A DNA stretch of 48,460 bases, counting the filler, from Jimgerdemannia flammicorona (lineage: Eukaryota), in assembly GCA_003990765.1 (NCBI GenBank). It is 2 parts of 2 records of this genome, joined end to end, with 100 filler letters (N's around TTAATTAATTAA, not from the genome) between each part and the next. Parts side by side here need not be neighbours in the genome. Positions count along the whole stretch, not along the records: positions 24,283 to 48,460 come from RBNJ01001011.1; 1 more part is not named here. One strand, given 5' to 3'. Shown in pieces: positions 36,638 through 48,460 of the stretch. The position numbers and the translations under genes are program-made. Every line of letters starts with the position of its first letter. Within the stretch, counting starts at the first letter, position 1. The notes under the pieces are model-generated. The model was not told the DNA's origin. It saw nothing but the letters and a program-made list of their open reading frames with translations, and ran no database searches.

Positions 36638-38266
36638 TGTTATAATGAATAAAAGAAGTGATTTATTCAAAATAGATATGTTATATATTTCACACATAAC
36701 TGATAAATAATATAAAACTATATAATAGAATAGTATGTAGTATAAAGTCATATATCTACATATTGAGTTGCCATCTCAACACTCCTACTTAATGAGATAT
36801 ATACACCAAAACAAAAAAAGAAGAATATCAACTATATCTAAAAAAAAGAATACAAACTAGAATAAAAAGCAATATAAAATACATGTAAAAACTAAAACTC
36901 AAAGAACTAGAAATCCTATATATATCTAAGAAATTTTTACAAGTTAAAAAATAGCCTAAAATGTCCAAAATATCTGCTCATAGATAAGAGATATAAATGT
37001 TATACAGAGGCTTTTGATAGTCTGAAAAGTGTCCTGCTTTAGTCATTATATCTATTATAGATCAGTTGGTATTATAGAAGATAGGTATTATAGATACTAT
37101 TAATTACAGATATTAATACTCTTACTTAATCATTTATTGTCTCTATTTGGGTTACTCACATGGTACCTTTAGTAGTTGAGAATCATCATCATTATCATCT
37201 AGGTCTGCAAAACCATTATCTAGATTTGTATGACCATTGGTTGCTTAATTAGTACTGCTGGTACTACTTGTGATACTTATTTATAATACTTGTTACTATG
37301 TTTTCAGGAATATATTTAGTGTCAGATTGTGTAGAAACCTCAATATAGTTGTTCTTTTTAAACTATACATTATATAATATAACTATATACTGTTTCTGAT
37401 TTCTATAATCTATATATTATTATGCTGAAGTTCATTAGTTAGATATTATTATTATTATTGGCTATATTGATATATTTAGTAGATATTGTTAGTAGTACCC
37501 ACATATTGATGTTATTGATAGTACCCACACTGCTAATATTGTTGGTGATACTCATATAGAGCTTGAGTTTATATTTATCTCTATTGTTATTATTATTGTC
37601 CATACTGGCTTTATTTATCACATCTATACTTTTGACCTTATTGTCTATGCTGGCTTTGTTTATTACATCTATACTCTTGATCTTATTGTCTATGCTGGCT
37701 TTATTTGCTATATTTATACTTTTGACGTTGGATTCAGATTCATTTCTATTGACCTTATTGCTAATCTTATATATACTGACTTCATTAGTCTTATTAGCTG
37801 GTATCCTTGTTGTTATAATTGTCTTGATTACTTGAGAGAACTTCATAATTACCTCAAACATCTGGATAGATATTTTTATCATAATTGCCTTCTGCCACTA
37901 AGGAGGACTTCAGTATTACCTCTGACAGACTTCACTATTATCACTATCTGGTGGGCTTCTTTACTATCTGAGCTAGTAATGATCATATTCATCCATGAGT
38001 ACTTATACTTGATATACTCATGTACTTTGCAGTATAGTATATATACTAGAGGAGTTTTTAGCCACTAACTGATATCTGCTAACTAAGTTATATAGCTACT
38101 CAGTCACTAATAGAGCTCATAACTCTTATTGTAACAAATAAAAGAAGTGATTTATTCAAAATGAGTATATCATATATTTTATATATTACTGATAAATAAT
38201 ATAAAACTAATGAAATAGTATATAATATAAAGTCACATACCTATATATTAAGTTATCATCCTAATA
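36638..38266 (-). mobile_element. Internally deleted Ty1/Copia element with ~140-bp LTRs
   Basis: Direct repeats 36638-36781 and 38130-38266; 5-bp TSD TACTT (36633-36637 / 38267-38271); PBS-like AGTTATGAGCTC (cf. GGTTATGAGCCC of fungal copias); PPT-like AAGTAGGAG; RNase H remnant IDIMTKA (~37035-37056). Confidence 0.82.
37595..37730 (-). repeat. 45-bp tandem repeat (~3 units) inside the Copia remnant
   Basis: Translates as repeated NKASIDNK(I/V)KSIDVI in the 37439-37882 ORF. Confidence 0.8.
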
Positions 38267-38294
38267 TACTTTGATCAATCTATCAGTAGATACA

Positions 38295-38545
38295 TATCTC
38301 TATAACTGAAGCCATTTCTTTTATTTTATTCTAGATTAGCTGATATCTCTGTAACTAATATACTTTATAACTATTTATTTACTGATATCTCTATAACTGA
38401 AGCTATTTCTTTTATTTTATTCTAAGTCAACTGATGTCTCTATAACTAATGTACTTTATGACTATTTATTTACTAATATCTCTATAACTGTAGTTATTTC
38501 TTTTATTTTATTTTATTTTTGGATCAGTAGAATATCTCTATAATA
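38295..38545. repeat. ~91-bp AT-rich tandem repeat built from TATCTCTATAACT subunits
   Basis: Units start near 38295, 38386 and 38477. The same subunit precedes the Copia TSD at ~36615. Confidence 0.75.
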
Positions 38546-38593
38546 TATATAGGATTACTATTATGATATTTTTATTATACTATATACATATAT

Positions 38594-41500
38594 TGTGATA
38601 GTTGATCTGAATTAGGAATAGAAATCAGAAGAATTGGACATTTGATTATAGTGTCTGAACCCAATTCCTGATGTAGCATAGCTATATAAATAGTGGTTAT
38701 AAAACTTTTCTACTAGTAAATACTTTGCTATTAGCAAAATGATTCATAATATAGCCACCTTATAGTTAGCAAACTTATATAAATAACCCAATATCTTAGA
38801 GGGAATAAACCTTAGATCAAAATAGTTCAAAGTAAAGAAAAAGTAAAGAAACTAGTAAATCTGTAGGCAGATATACTTTGAACTCACTTCTGTACTCTGA
38901 GGACTCTGTAAGAGTCAGAACAAGTCAAGTTTTCAAGATACAGAAATCTACCATACTTCTAAGATTAAGTGTCTACTATATTACAACTTAGTGCCCATTA
39001 ACTTATGATTCAAGACAAATCTCTCACTTTTAAGCTAAATAATGAACAACTGCTACCACTCAAACAACCATACAAATTGAACCAAGACATTCAGATAAGA
39101 TAGATATAAGACCACTAGTATTTTATAGATATACTTCAGATGAATTAATCATTACCTTTATTAATGATTTTGAGTAGTATACTGCTGTAAGAACTCTGAT
39201 AGCAATACAGCAAGTAGCCCTCCTACTTTTCAGTCTTTAAGAACTAGTAAGAGTAGTATTTATAGCTGCAATCTATATGGGAAATGATGATAATACAGTA
39301 CTAGTAGTATAGAAGACCTGGCTTCAAACTATCTACTATATAGATGAGATCAAGCAAGCTCTAAAGAATCAGCTCAATATAACTTACCAAGGAATGAGTG
39401 AGGATTCAAACACATTCTATACTAGAATCTGATATTAGATAATTCTGATAGATTATACTGCTGCTATTTAAGATCAAGTAGCTGAGACAATCTTTATAAA
39501 AAGAGTTCACTCAGAGATAGTCTTAGCTATCTACTCATCACTAGTAGTCCTGGATCTATCACAAAAAGTCACCTATGTCCAGTAATACTAGATAGCCAGA
39601 TACCCTCAAGACTATATAATAGAAAGGGTCACCAGAGTTAAAATTGAAGTACCCAAAGCAACTAGTGTGATCTCTACCACAGTAATCAATTGAAACACAC
39701 CTTAGCCAAGAGCTACTGAGTAGTAGAGGAATAGTGACCCTATAGAGAAACTTGCTAAGGAGTTTGCTGAAATGACAACCTACCTAAGAGATGTAGTAAA
39801 GGAAATTAAAGGAAGAGACTCCCACCTAGTTCAGAAATTTTCCACCACCTCAGACAAGAAGAGAGATACCTGCTACACTTGTAGAGAAGAAGGCCACTAC
39901 TCATATGAATATATGAGTAAAACCAAGCATAAGGCCCAACCAAGCAATGCTACTTGAAACAAGGAACAGATTAACACCATCATCTTCAAGGAGATTGAGA
40001 AATCAGATAAAGAGGAATAGGAAGCCTATCCTGCTGAAACTATCAGAAAAGATATCTGCAAACAACTCTATAAGAGATTATCAGGGAGACCCAAGAATAA
40101 TTCTGTGGAAAAGCAAATAGAGACTACTACAGAATGTTAAGATGAAGAAATGGATCAAGATATAGAGCTAGAACAGACTGTTTAAGATATCATCTGAGGA
40201 ACCACTCTAGCTAGTAAAGGAGAAAAGAAGAAAAAGCTTCATAAAACCAAGATCTTCAAGTATAATATCTTCAAGGATCTCAGTTAATAAAAGGTCAATG
40301 CAACCTTTGTCTAGCTGGCAGAAATATCTACATTCAGACAGAAAATGAGATATAGACTTACTGAGACAACCAAGGAGCAAGGTTGGAAGATAACCAAGAC
40401 CAACAATGTTCAAGAAGACTCAGGAGAAGAGAGCAAAGACAATTACAAGACTTTTGCCTATATAATCTATCAGATTGAAGATAGAATCTTCAAAGTCATT
40501 ATTGATACAGAAGTAGGAAGATGTCTCCTTAGCAAGAAAGCAGCAGACAGCCTAGGTTGGAAAGTTGAAGAAGTAATCAAATTGGTGTTTGTCATAGCAG
40601 ATAGTATAAGAGCCATACCTCTAGAAAAGATCTAAAATGTTCCCATCAAGTTTGGGAGAGCAACTATTCTAGTAGATGTGATTGTGACCAATGCTACTTC
40701 TCATCAGTAACCAGTGGCTTCATAAAGTCAAGACAATAATTGATCTGAATGCCCAGAAGATATAGATTATCTACTGAAGCCAGAAGATGTAAATTCTCAT
40801 TAATGTGAACAAAGGAATACTGCCTGAGATGGAGGAAGAAGAAAGTGAGCAAGAAGAAGTCTATATGGTAACTACTCAGAAAAAGAAGAAGAAGGTCAGA
40901 TGGATCAGTAAAGAGAACTGGTATAAGAAGATTGCAGAAGAATATGCATCATAAGAAATCTGCCCCCATAGAATCAATATATACTATAGTGAGCACATCA
41001 ATGACTACTACCAATATAGCATTGGTGTCAGAAAGATCTATCAGGAAAGAAGACAGAAGGCTCTCGAAAAGCAGGCAAGAGAAAAAGAGAAGGAGGAAGA
41101 GGATGATGAATCACCAACTCTCCTAAAGAATAGAAATCAAGGTCAAGATTCAGAGGATCCACCCTGATGCAGTTCTACCAGAATACAAGTCATAGAATGC
41201 AGCTGGAATAGATATTACTACAGTAGAAAAAACCATACTGGAGCCCCAGACAACCACCCTACTTGCAACTGATCTAGAGATGACTATTCTAAAGGACCAT
41301 GTTGGGATCCTCAAGACAAGAAGCAGCCTGACTAAGAGTGAAATTACTATTAAAGGAGGAGTTATTGATTCAGATTATATTGGAGAAATATCACTCATTA
41401 TTAGGAACCACAATCCTATGATTCTATTTCCAATCAAGAAGAAGGACTGACTGATACAGATATTGATCTTCTCAGTTCTTCAGTCAAGGATCATGGAAGT

Positions 41501-44231
41501 CAAGAAGTTGAAGGAAATGGAAAGAAGGAGAAAAGGAAAGGATCCACAGAAAGAGAAGTATTTGCCAGTACTAAGATTACCAAACTGGATCACAAGGAGG
41601 AAACTATAAACAAGCATATCTATACCATTGGAAACGAATTTTAACTCAAGAAGGAACTCAAGAAGATACTCTATAAATTCAAGAATGTTCTAGCCACAGA
41701 TTTCAAGGATATCAAAAAAAATATCCCATATTACTATCATAATATAGATATAGGAGACACTAAATCAATCTACCAAAAAGCACAGCCAATACTGTCAGCC
41801 TATCACAAATAGCTCAGAGAAGAAATCAAGCAGATGGAAGAAGCCAGTATCATTAAAGAAACCAGCAGCCTCTGGGCTTTATCAGTTGTACTAACTCTGA
41901 AAAAAGAAAGCAAGCTAGGAGAAATCACCCCAAGACTATATACCAATTACAGAAAGCTCAACTTGGTTACTAAGAAAGATTACCAATTATTACCTCTCAT
42001 TAGTAACATCCTCATAACCCTGAGAGATAAAGTACAGTACTACAGCACCTTAGACTTATACTTAGGATTCTACCAAATTGACCTTACTAAAGTAGTAAGC
42101 AAAAAGTCAGCCTTCATTACTCCAGACAGAATCTATGTCTACCTGTGAATACTATTCAGAATGTATAATGTCCCTGTGAGCTTCCAGCAAATGATGAATA
42201 AAATCTTCTGATACATATGATATAAGGAGATGGATGATAGTCTATGTGGATAATATTATTATCTATAGCAAGATACATATCTGAGGAATATCTGCAGTAT
42301 ATCCAATAGATGATAGAGAATCTAAGATAGCATGGTCTTTACATTAAGCTCAAGAAGTACAAGTTTATAAAAATCAAGATCATCTATCTTGGCCATATCA
42401 TTAATTGAGATAGAATACACACAGACCCTCTCAAGATTCAGCATACCCAAGGCCTACTATAGTTACCAAAGCCCAAGTCTTCATGGAACTTACCTCTCAC
42501 TACTGGAGATTTAGCAGAGGATTCTTCAATATTATAAGCCCAATCTATGAACTCAACAAGAAGGATATCAAGTTCCAATAGACTGACAGGCAATAAAAAG
42601 CATTCAATGAGCTTAAGGTCAGACTGACTCAGGCACCCATTCTCAGAAGACCTGATTGGACTCAAGAATTCATTCTGTAGACAAATACGAGTGCCCAAGA
42701 ACTAGGAGTGGTCCTGGTCCAGAAGATTGACAAGGTAGAATATATCATTATATATCTCAGCTGAGGAACCTGAAGAGCTGAAAAAGAGTATGAATCCTAC
42801 AAGTTGAAATGCCTTGTGGTCATCTGGGCTATAGAAAAGTTCCACTACTACTTTGCTGGAAGATACTTCACTATTTAGATGGACTACTCAGCCTTCACTT
42901 GGCTACTGACCACTGGGCAACCTAAAGGAATCTATGCCAGATAGATTATAAAGTTGCAAGCCTATGATATAACTACTGTGTACTATCTAGGAAGAACCAA
43001 TACCGATGCAGATACCCTCTCACAGACATCCTGAAGGACTCCCAATCAGTAAATCAACTATGAATAAGGAGCTTTATTATAGAATTATCACCTATCTAGG
43101 ATTGCAAAAGATACTCCAATATTTGGAAGAATGGATATAAATGATTATCAATAGAACTTAGAAATAATTTGAAACCAATAGAGAGATACTGAAGAAAGAA
43201 AAGCTACTAGTCATATCTGAATACAAGAAGGAGCAAGCAATGAAATCAGTATACAAACTTAGTCACCTAAGAGGAATAAATACATATGATAAAGTAAGAA
43301 TGGCCAGAGATAGAGAAATATATCAGACAATTTGTCAAGATCTGTGACAAATACCAAAAATAGAAACAAGATCAATAAAACCAAACCCCAGGATTAGCAC
43401 ACATAGAACCAGTACCATTTACTCATATAGCAATAGATGTAATCAGCCTACTACCTCTGATATTAACTAGCAACTGATACATCATTATCATTGTAGATCT
43501 CTTCACAAAATAGATAGAGGCAGAACCCCTCAAAAAAGTCAATATATAGTTAATTGCTGATTTATTTTACAAAGAAATTATCTTCTGATTTAAGACTCCA
43601 GTACAAGTAACTACAGACAGAGAAACAGAATTTGTAAACCAGTTCTTTCTATAAAAAGTATAAGATCTAGTATATTTAGACCACAGCCTATCACCTATAA
43701 GAAAATGGACAAGCAGAAAGGACTAATAAGACCCTCAAGAATGTTATTGCTAAGATCTGCAATAACTATGAAAACTGAGATCACTATCTACCAATAGCAT
43801 TATCTGCTCTTCAGAATATTCAATTACAAAGCACCCACTTTACTTCTTGAGAAATACTATTCAGAAAAGAAAGTTCTTAAGGAATCTTATAATCTAATAG
43901 AGATGCTGTATAGAAATATATGGATACTAAGATATAAAGACTATACAAAATTAGAAAGAAGGCCAAAGATTATATAACCAAGGTATAGACACTACAATAA
44001 AATAATACAGAAAAGATTCACAAGCTCCTAGAGATTATAAAGATAGGAGACAAGGTTCTGATATATTGGAACATAGTAGAAGCTTCATGATCATAAAAAC
44101 TAGAACCTAAGTAGGAAGGACCTTACCTTGTGCAAGATATAAAAGGAACCACCTTTTGGCTATAAAAGCTCTCAGACACAATTATCTCTACTATTATTCA
44201 TCAAAACTGACTCAAGAAGTATTATGGCTAA
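38594..44231 (+). mobile_element. Ty3/Gypsy family G3 remnant: putative 5' LTR, gag, protease, dUTPase, RT, RNase H, integrase
   Basis: Putative LTR TGTGAT(38594)...TTACA(38985) followed by PBS-like TAGTGCCC; knuckle CYTCREEGH (39871); IIDTEVG protease; RT YRKLNLVTKKD..LPLI, STLDLYLGFYQI; RNase H VIWAIEKFHYY; integrase IAIDVI, NGQAERTNKTLK, EGPY. No 3' LTR recognised. Confidence 0.92.
41136..41550 (+). pseudogene. dUTPase domain within the G3 pol
   Basis: IKVKIQRIHPDAVLPEYKS*NAAGIDI..KTRSSL..GGVIDSDYIGEISLII..KD*LIQILI..GST shows trimeric dUTPase motifs I-V in order. Motif V is eroded. Confidence 0.92.
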
Positions 44232-45441
44232 TCAATGAAGTAATGCCACAGCCCTCAAGATTACTAGTACTATACAATGAGCCATAGAAAGACAGTTATG
44301 TTCTACTGAGTTACCAACTATAGAGAAATATTTTGATAGTATTCAGAGTATACTGCAAATATACTTATTGTAAATTTCATATTTCAAGACATACCAGGAC
44401 TGAAACAAGTTTCAAGAATACTTCAAGCTTGGGCAACTGCTGAATTCACAATCAGAAATAGGAAAAGAAGACTGGATCTAAGAATGCCAGCTCTCTCACA
44501 CTTAAATTACTATTATCAAACAAGTGGACAAGTTGTTTAAAGAAGACAAAACAGCTCTAGCTCATCTCTGTAGCCAATATCTAGTCAAACCCATCTATAT
44601 TGCCAACACCTACTCAATAGTAAGCTACTCATTATCAATATATTCTATCAATCTCTCCTCACAATATTATTAAATCTCTGTCAGATATATGAAAAAGAAA
44701 TAAATATATTAAATATATATATATATATACTCTGATATTTATAGAATATCTGACTAAATAATCTAAAGCTTTCTCAATAAAAATCACTAATGCCTTATCA
44801 TTATTGGTCTCCTATATAACCTCAACTTAAATATAGATCTCCAGAAGAACTTATCTCTGACTATAGGTTAGAATTTATTAATAAGTTAATTTTAACTTAT
44901 ATATATATACATAAATTCATAAGATTCATCTAAAACAAACTGTAATATACTACTTCCAAATTAATAAAATAATAGAATGAATGAACTAGACCATTAAGAA
45001 AGAACTTATCTAAGTCAATTCTATCAACTGAGATCTCTACTTATCTGAGATCCTTTGGAAAATCTGAAACACCTCTACTATCTCTACAAATAAAAGCTAT
45101 TCAAAATGATATTTATTAAAAAAATCTAAACTACTGATTATGAGAATCTCAGATAACTCTTGGATAAGATAGAATAATTACAAAGTCAAGCCTGAGATTA
45201 GATAATTAAGACCTAAGAAAAGCAAAAAAAGTATTATAACTAAAAGTAGAAAGATCAAGAGATCAAGATTAAAATCAAGTTCTTATATAGAGAAGTATAA
45301 TCAAAACTAATTCTGTTACTAAGCTGGACCCAAATGGTAAAAATCTTATCTTATATATAATATTAGATGAATAAGTATCTATATAAGAAGTTTGGATAAA
45401 TATATCTTAAAAACTTTAGCTTATATCAATTATCTCAAGAT

Positions 45442-45862
45442 TAGTACTCCCAATGAATCAAATCACATTGAATTTGACCCAAATTCGATTTTATTCAATT
45501 AAATCAAAGGTCCAATTCAATTTGATTTGAATCAAATTGAAGGCTAATTCGATTTAAGGTCCAATTTGAACCCTATTTTTTGAAATATAATAACTCAACT
45601 AATATATATCTAAATTCAATAATCTTTAGCTTTTTAGATTCCTCTTATATAGGGGAATCTAACAAGCTAAAGATTATTAAATTTGGATATATATTTGTTG
45701 AGTTATTATATTTCAAAAAATAGAGGTTGAATTGGACCCTCAATTTGATTCAAATTTGATTTAATTCAAACTTGATGAATTGAAAAATCTCCAATTAGAT
45801 TTGATTCAAATGACTCTCAATTCAATTCAATTCAAATTGATTTGATTCATTTGGGAGCACTA
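45442..45862. mobile_element. hAT-type MITE, 421 bp, nearly fully palindromic
   Basis: TIRs TAGTACTCCCAA / TTGGGAGCACTA; perfect 8-bp TSD CTCAAGAT (45434-45441 / 45863-45870); internal hairpin centred near 45648. Confidence 0.92.
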
Positions 45863-46394
45863 CTCAAGATATACTTATTATTTATATAATAATCTAGAGA
45901 ATTGACCAATATCTCCAGACTCTTGTTCTCAACTCTATTCAGATTCTATTAGGTTCTATTCTAGTTTTATAAAACTAATAAAATCTGTTTTCAATAGATC
46001 TAGATATATTAAGAGAATCTTATATTAGCAGAATATCTACTACAGATCCATTAATCATAGGCCTACTATGTGATTGATAAATAGAAAAGTCTATATAAGA
46101 GATACTACTGAGCTATTCAGAAAGAATACTACTACTACAGACTATACAATCTACATATAAGTGAAATATTACAACACTGATATAGATTTAGTTCTTTTTA
46201 GATAATATAAAAGAATAAATATAGTTATCTATCTGAGTATGTATCATTGACCATATTGAAGATCTGTTCTCTAAAAAAGAAAAGAAATTTTTAGAATAGC
46301 GTAACTTAGATATATACTGAAGAAGATGATAGTACAGATATAGATATAGAAGATATTGAGATAATAGTACTATATGACTTCTCTTATCTGAAGA

Positions 46395-47588
46395 GTAGAT
46401 TGAGGGTCAGGATCTTAGTCTAGTAGTACTGCTCTATAAAGATAAGAACAGGAGAGAGAATTGGAAGAACTGGAGGCTAATTATACTTTTAGATATAAAT
46501 AGGAAGTTGGTTATAAAGATGATTATTATGTGATTGCAGAAGGTGGCACAACAGATATTAGAGACTGAGCAGAGAGACTTTGTTGGTAGTTTACTAATAA
46601 GAGATAAGATAGCTTGGATTTATAGTATAATTGAGAAGATGAGGACTAGTGGACTGAATGTTCAGTTAATCTTTCCAGATCAGGAGAAGGCCTATAATTA
46701 TGAATGATAAGTCTGACTAGAGAAGGTGTTAGAGAGAATTAATATTTCTTACTAATTCTGGTTATAATTAATTAGTCTTTTGAAGAAAAGCCAGACAGTA
46801 ATCTTATATAATGGATATTATAGTATCTTATTTACATTAGAGAGAGATGTCCTCCAGGGGGACCTACTCTCTTCTATTCTTTATATACTATTATTGGAAC
46901 CTTTGATGGATCAAATTTACTATAAAGTGTCAGGACTTAATATCTTAGAGATAGTCTAGAAGATTGGGGCTTTTGCAAATGATATAGTAGTAGAACTTAG
47001 CTCTACTGATAAGTTAGTAAGCTAAAGACTACTGTTGATAGTTCAAGAAGTACTTTGGAGCTAAGCTTAATTAGAATAAGTATGAGACAATGGTTTTAGA
47101 TAATAGTTTAGTAGGTGGAGATATTGTGGGTACTATTGTCTCTCTGAAGAGGTAGTACAGTATCTAGGCATATTTCTATCAATATATAGATCAGTCTTGC
47201 CTAGGGTTTGTTGGAAAAGAAAGATAGTAGAATAGAGGAAGACTCTTTAGAGTTAGGGGGGGTACTATATTTCTCTTATCAGATAGATATCAATCCTTAA
47301 TATGTATCTACTGGTTATTGAAGTTGTAGTATTTGGCATACTATTTGGACTTTTCAGCTTGAGTAGTAAAGAGATTATTAAAGATAACTAAGGATTAGAT
47401 TTAGATAGAAAGGCAGAGCCAGATATTTGCAAAGTCTTGATAGCTCTGATGAAAAGGAGAGGTTTGAGTCTAGTGAGTTTCTTAAAGAGGTTATACTATC
47501 ATAGAGCTTAGTAGATAAAAAGGACTGTTGAGTTAAGGGGTAGAGAGTAGATACCTTTAATGCAGAAGATCTAGGAGATGAGGTTCTC
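46395..47588 (+). pseudogene. Heavily decayed LINE RT fragment (family B/C-like)
   Basis: LLYKDKNRRENWKNWRLIILLD, DQEKAY, VLQGDLLSSILY, GAFAND, YLGI; colinear with 29385-30570. Confidence 0.85.
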
Positions 47589-48460
47589 TGTAAGAGGGTT
47601 GCTTTTTAGGGTAACCGTTACGTAGTTCTGGAAGGGTTTTCTGGAAGTTCTGGATATTCTAGAAGACCGTTTTCTTATGGTCAAGATCAATTTCGTATGG
47701 AGTACGTCCTCTACGCTTATTGATTTCAAGATTGGGTTGACGTCTCAACCAAAGTCCTTCTTCGGACTAGTTCTAGATGTTCAGGATTTTCCGTATTTCA
47801 GGAAGTTCAAGAAACTAAGACCAGCTTAGTTGAATTGGCGTATCGCTGCAGACAATACCCAATTAGGAAATTTCGTGACAGGGTTAGGAGTAGGACCTAA
47901 CAGGGAGCGGATTTACTTAAGAGTGGTTTGTGGGTTATGAAATAGGTTTATTCGCTATTCATGATATTGCTATACTAGGAGTAGTTGTATGAAGGGATAT
48001 TGTGGGGAAGTACTCAGGAGTTGTGTTCGGATTGTTCAAGTCTTCAAGTCTGAGATTCTGAGGTCTGGGGGAGGGGGTATTTATACTAGTGAGGGCTATC
48101 TGGACTATGCTAAATATGGATGTAGCACTTAGTGCTTTGCTGAGTCGGAATGCAGTCACGTAGTACAATAGTGATCTGACAGGTCAAGAGATCGTCTGAC
48201 TGCTGAGTCAGTTCACAGTCACGTCGTACAAGGCTAATCTAACTATACTATGACTGCTAAGCTATTTATAGGTTTAGGCACTGTCTGGTTAGTCCTTGAT
48301 GACATCACTATTGATGACATCATCGCTGGCAAGGTCTGAGTAGTTTTCTGACTTCTGACATCATCAGTTTCAAGGTGTCGTCACTTCTATCTCTTGTAAG
48401 ATTAAGGCTGTCCTTAGTGGCGGTGGTTGTACAAGGATAACAGGTCTTGGTTCTCTTTTT
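47589..48460 (-). mobile_element. Young LTR inserted into the LINE fragment; probably continues past the right edge
   Basis: Abrupt switch to CpG-containing sequence at TGTAAG. Minus-strand TATAAATA (~48080-48087) and AATAAA (~47947-47952) are in LTR order. No second terminus or TSD found. Confidence 0.65.

Noticed and set aside
37439..37882. 147-aa Asn/Ile-rich ORF and its Leu-rich antisense ORF
   Set aside because: Low-complexity product of a tandem repeat inside a decayed Copia; no evidence that it is a host gene.

Overview
Eukaryotic, probably fungal, transposon graveyard with no recognisable host gene. It consists of two contigs joined by an artificial 100-nt spacer (24183-24282), so adjacency across that point is unproven. 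Content: (i) three related families (A, B, C) of very G-rich L1/Tx1-type LINEs, including four 5'-complete copies, several nested with clear target-site duplications (TSDs), and a 28-bp ultra-truncated insertion; (ii) three Ty3/Gypsy remnants: a chromovirus pol, an element with a ~2 kb Cys-rich insert between protease and RT containing a Gal4-like ACxxCRxxKxKC motif, and an element with a dUTPase between protease and RT; (iii) an internally deleted Copia with short LTRs; (iv) palindromic hAT-type MITEs; (v) LTR fragments and tandem repeats. Copies show a gradient of C>T/G>A decay that starts at CpG. The most intriguing signal is in the LINE termini. All families end in AATAAAG..AGT(C/T)CAAGTGACTAT(A)n, and the 5' end of the youngest family A copy is a perfect 12-nt reverse complement of part of this motif. 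Family B shows a shorter covarying match, which suggests end-to-end RNA pairing.
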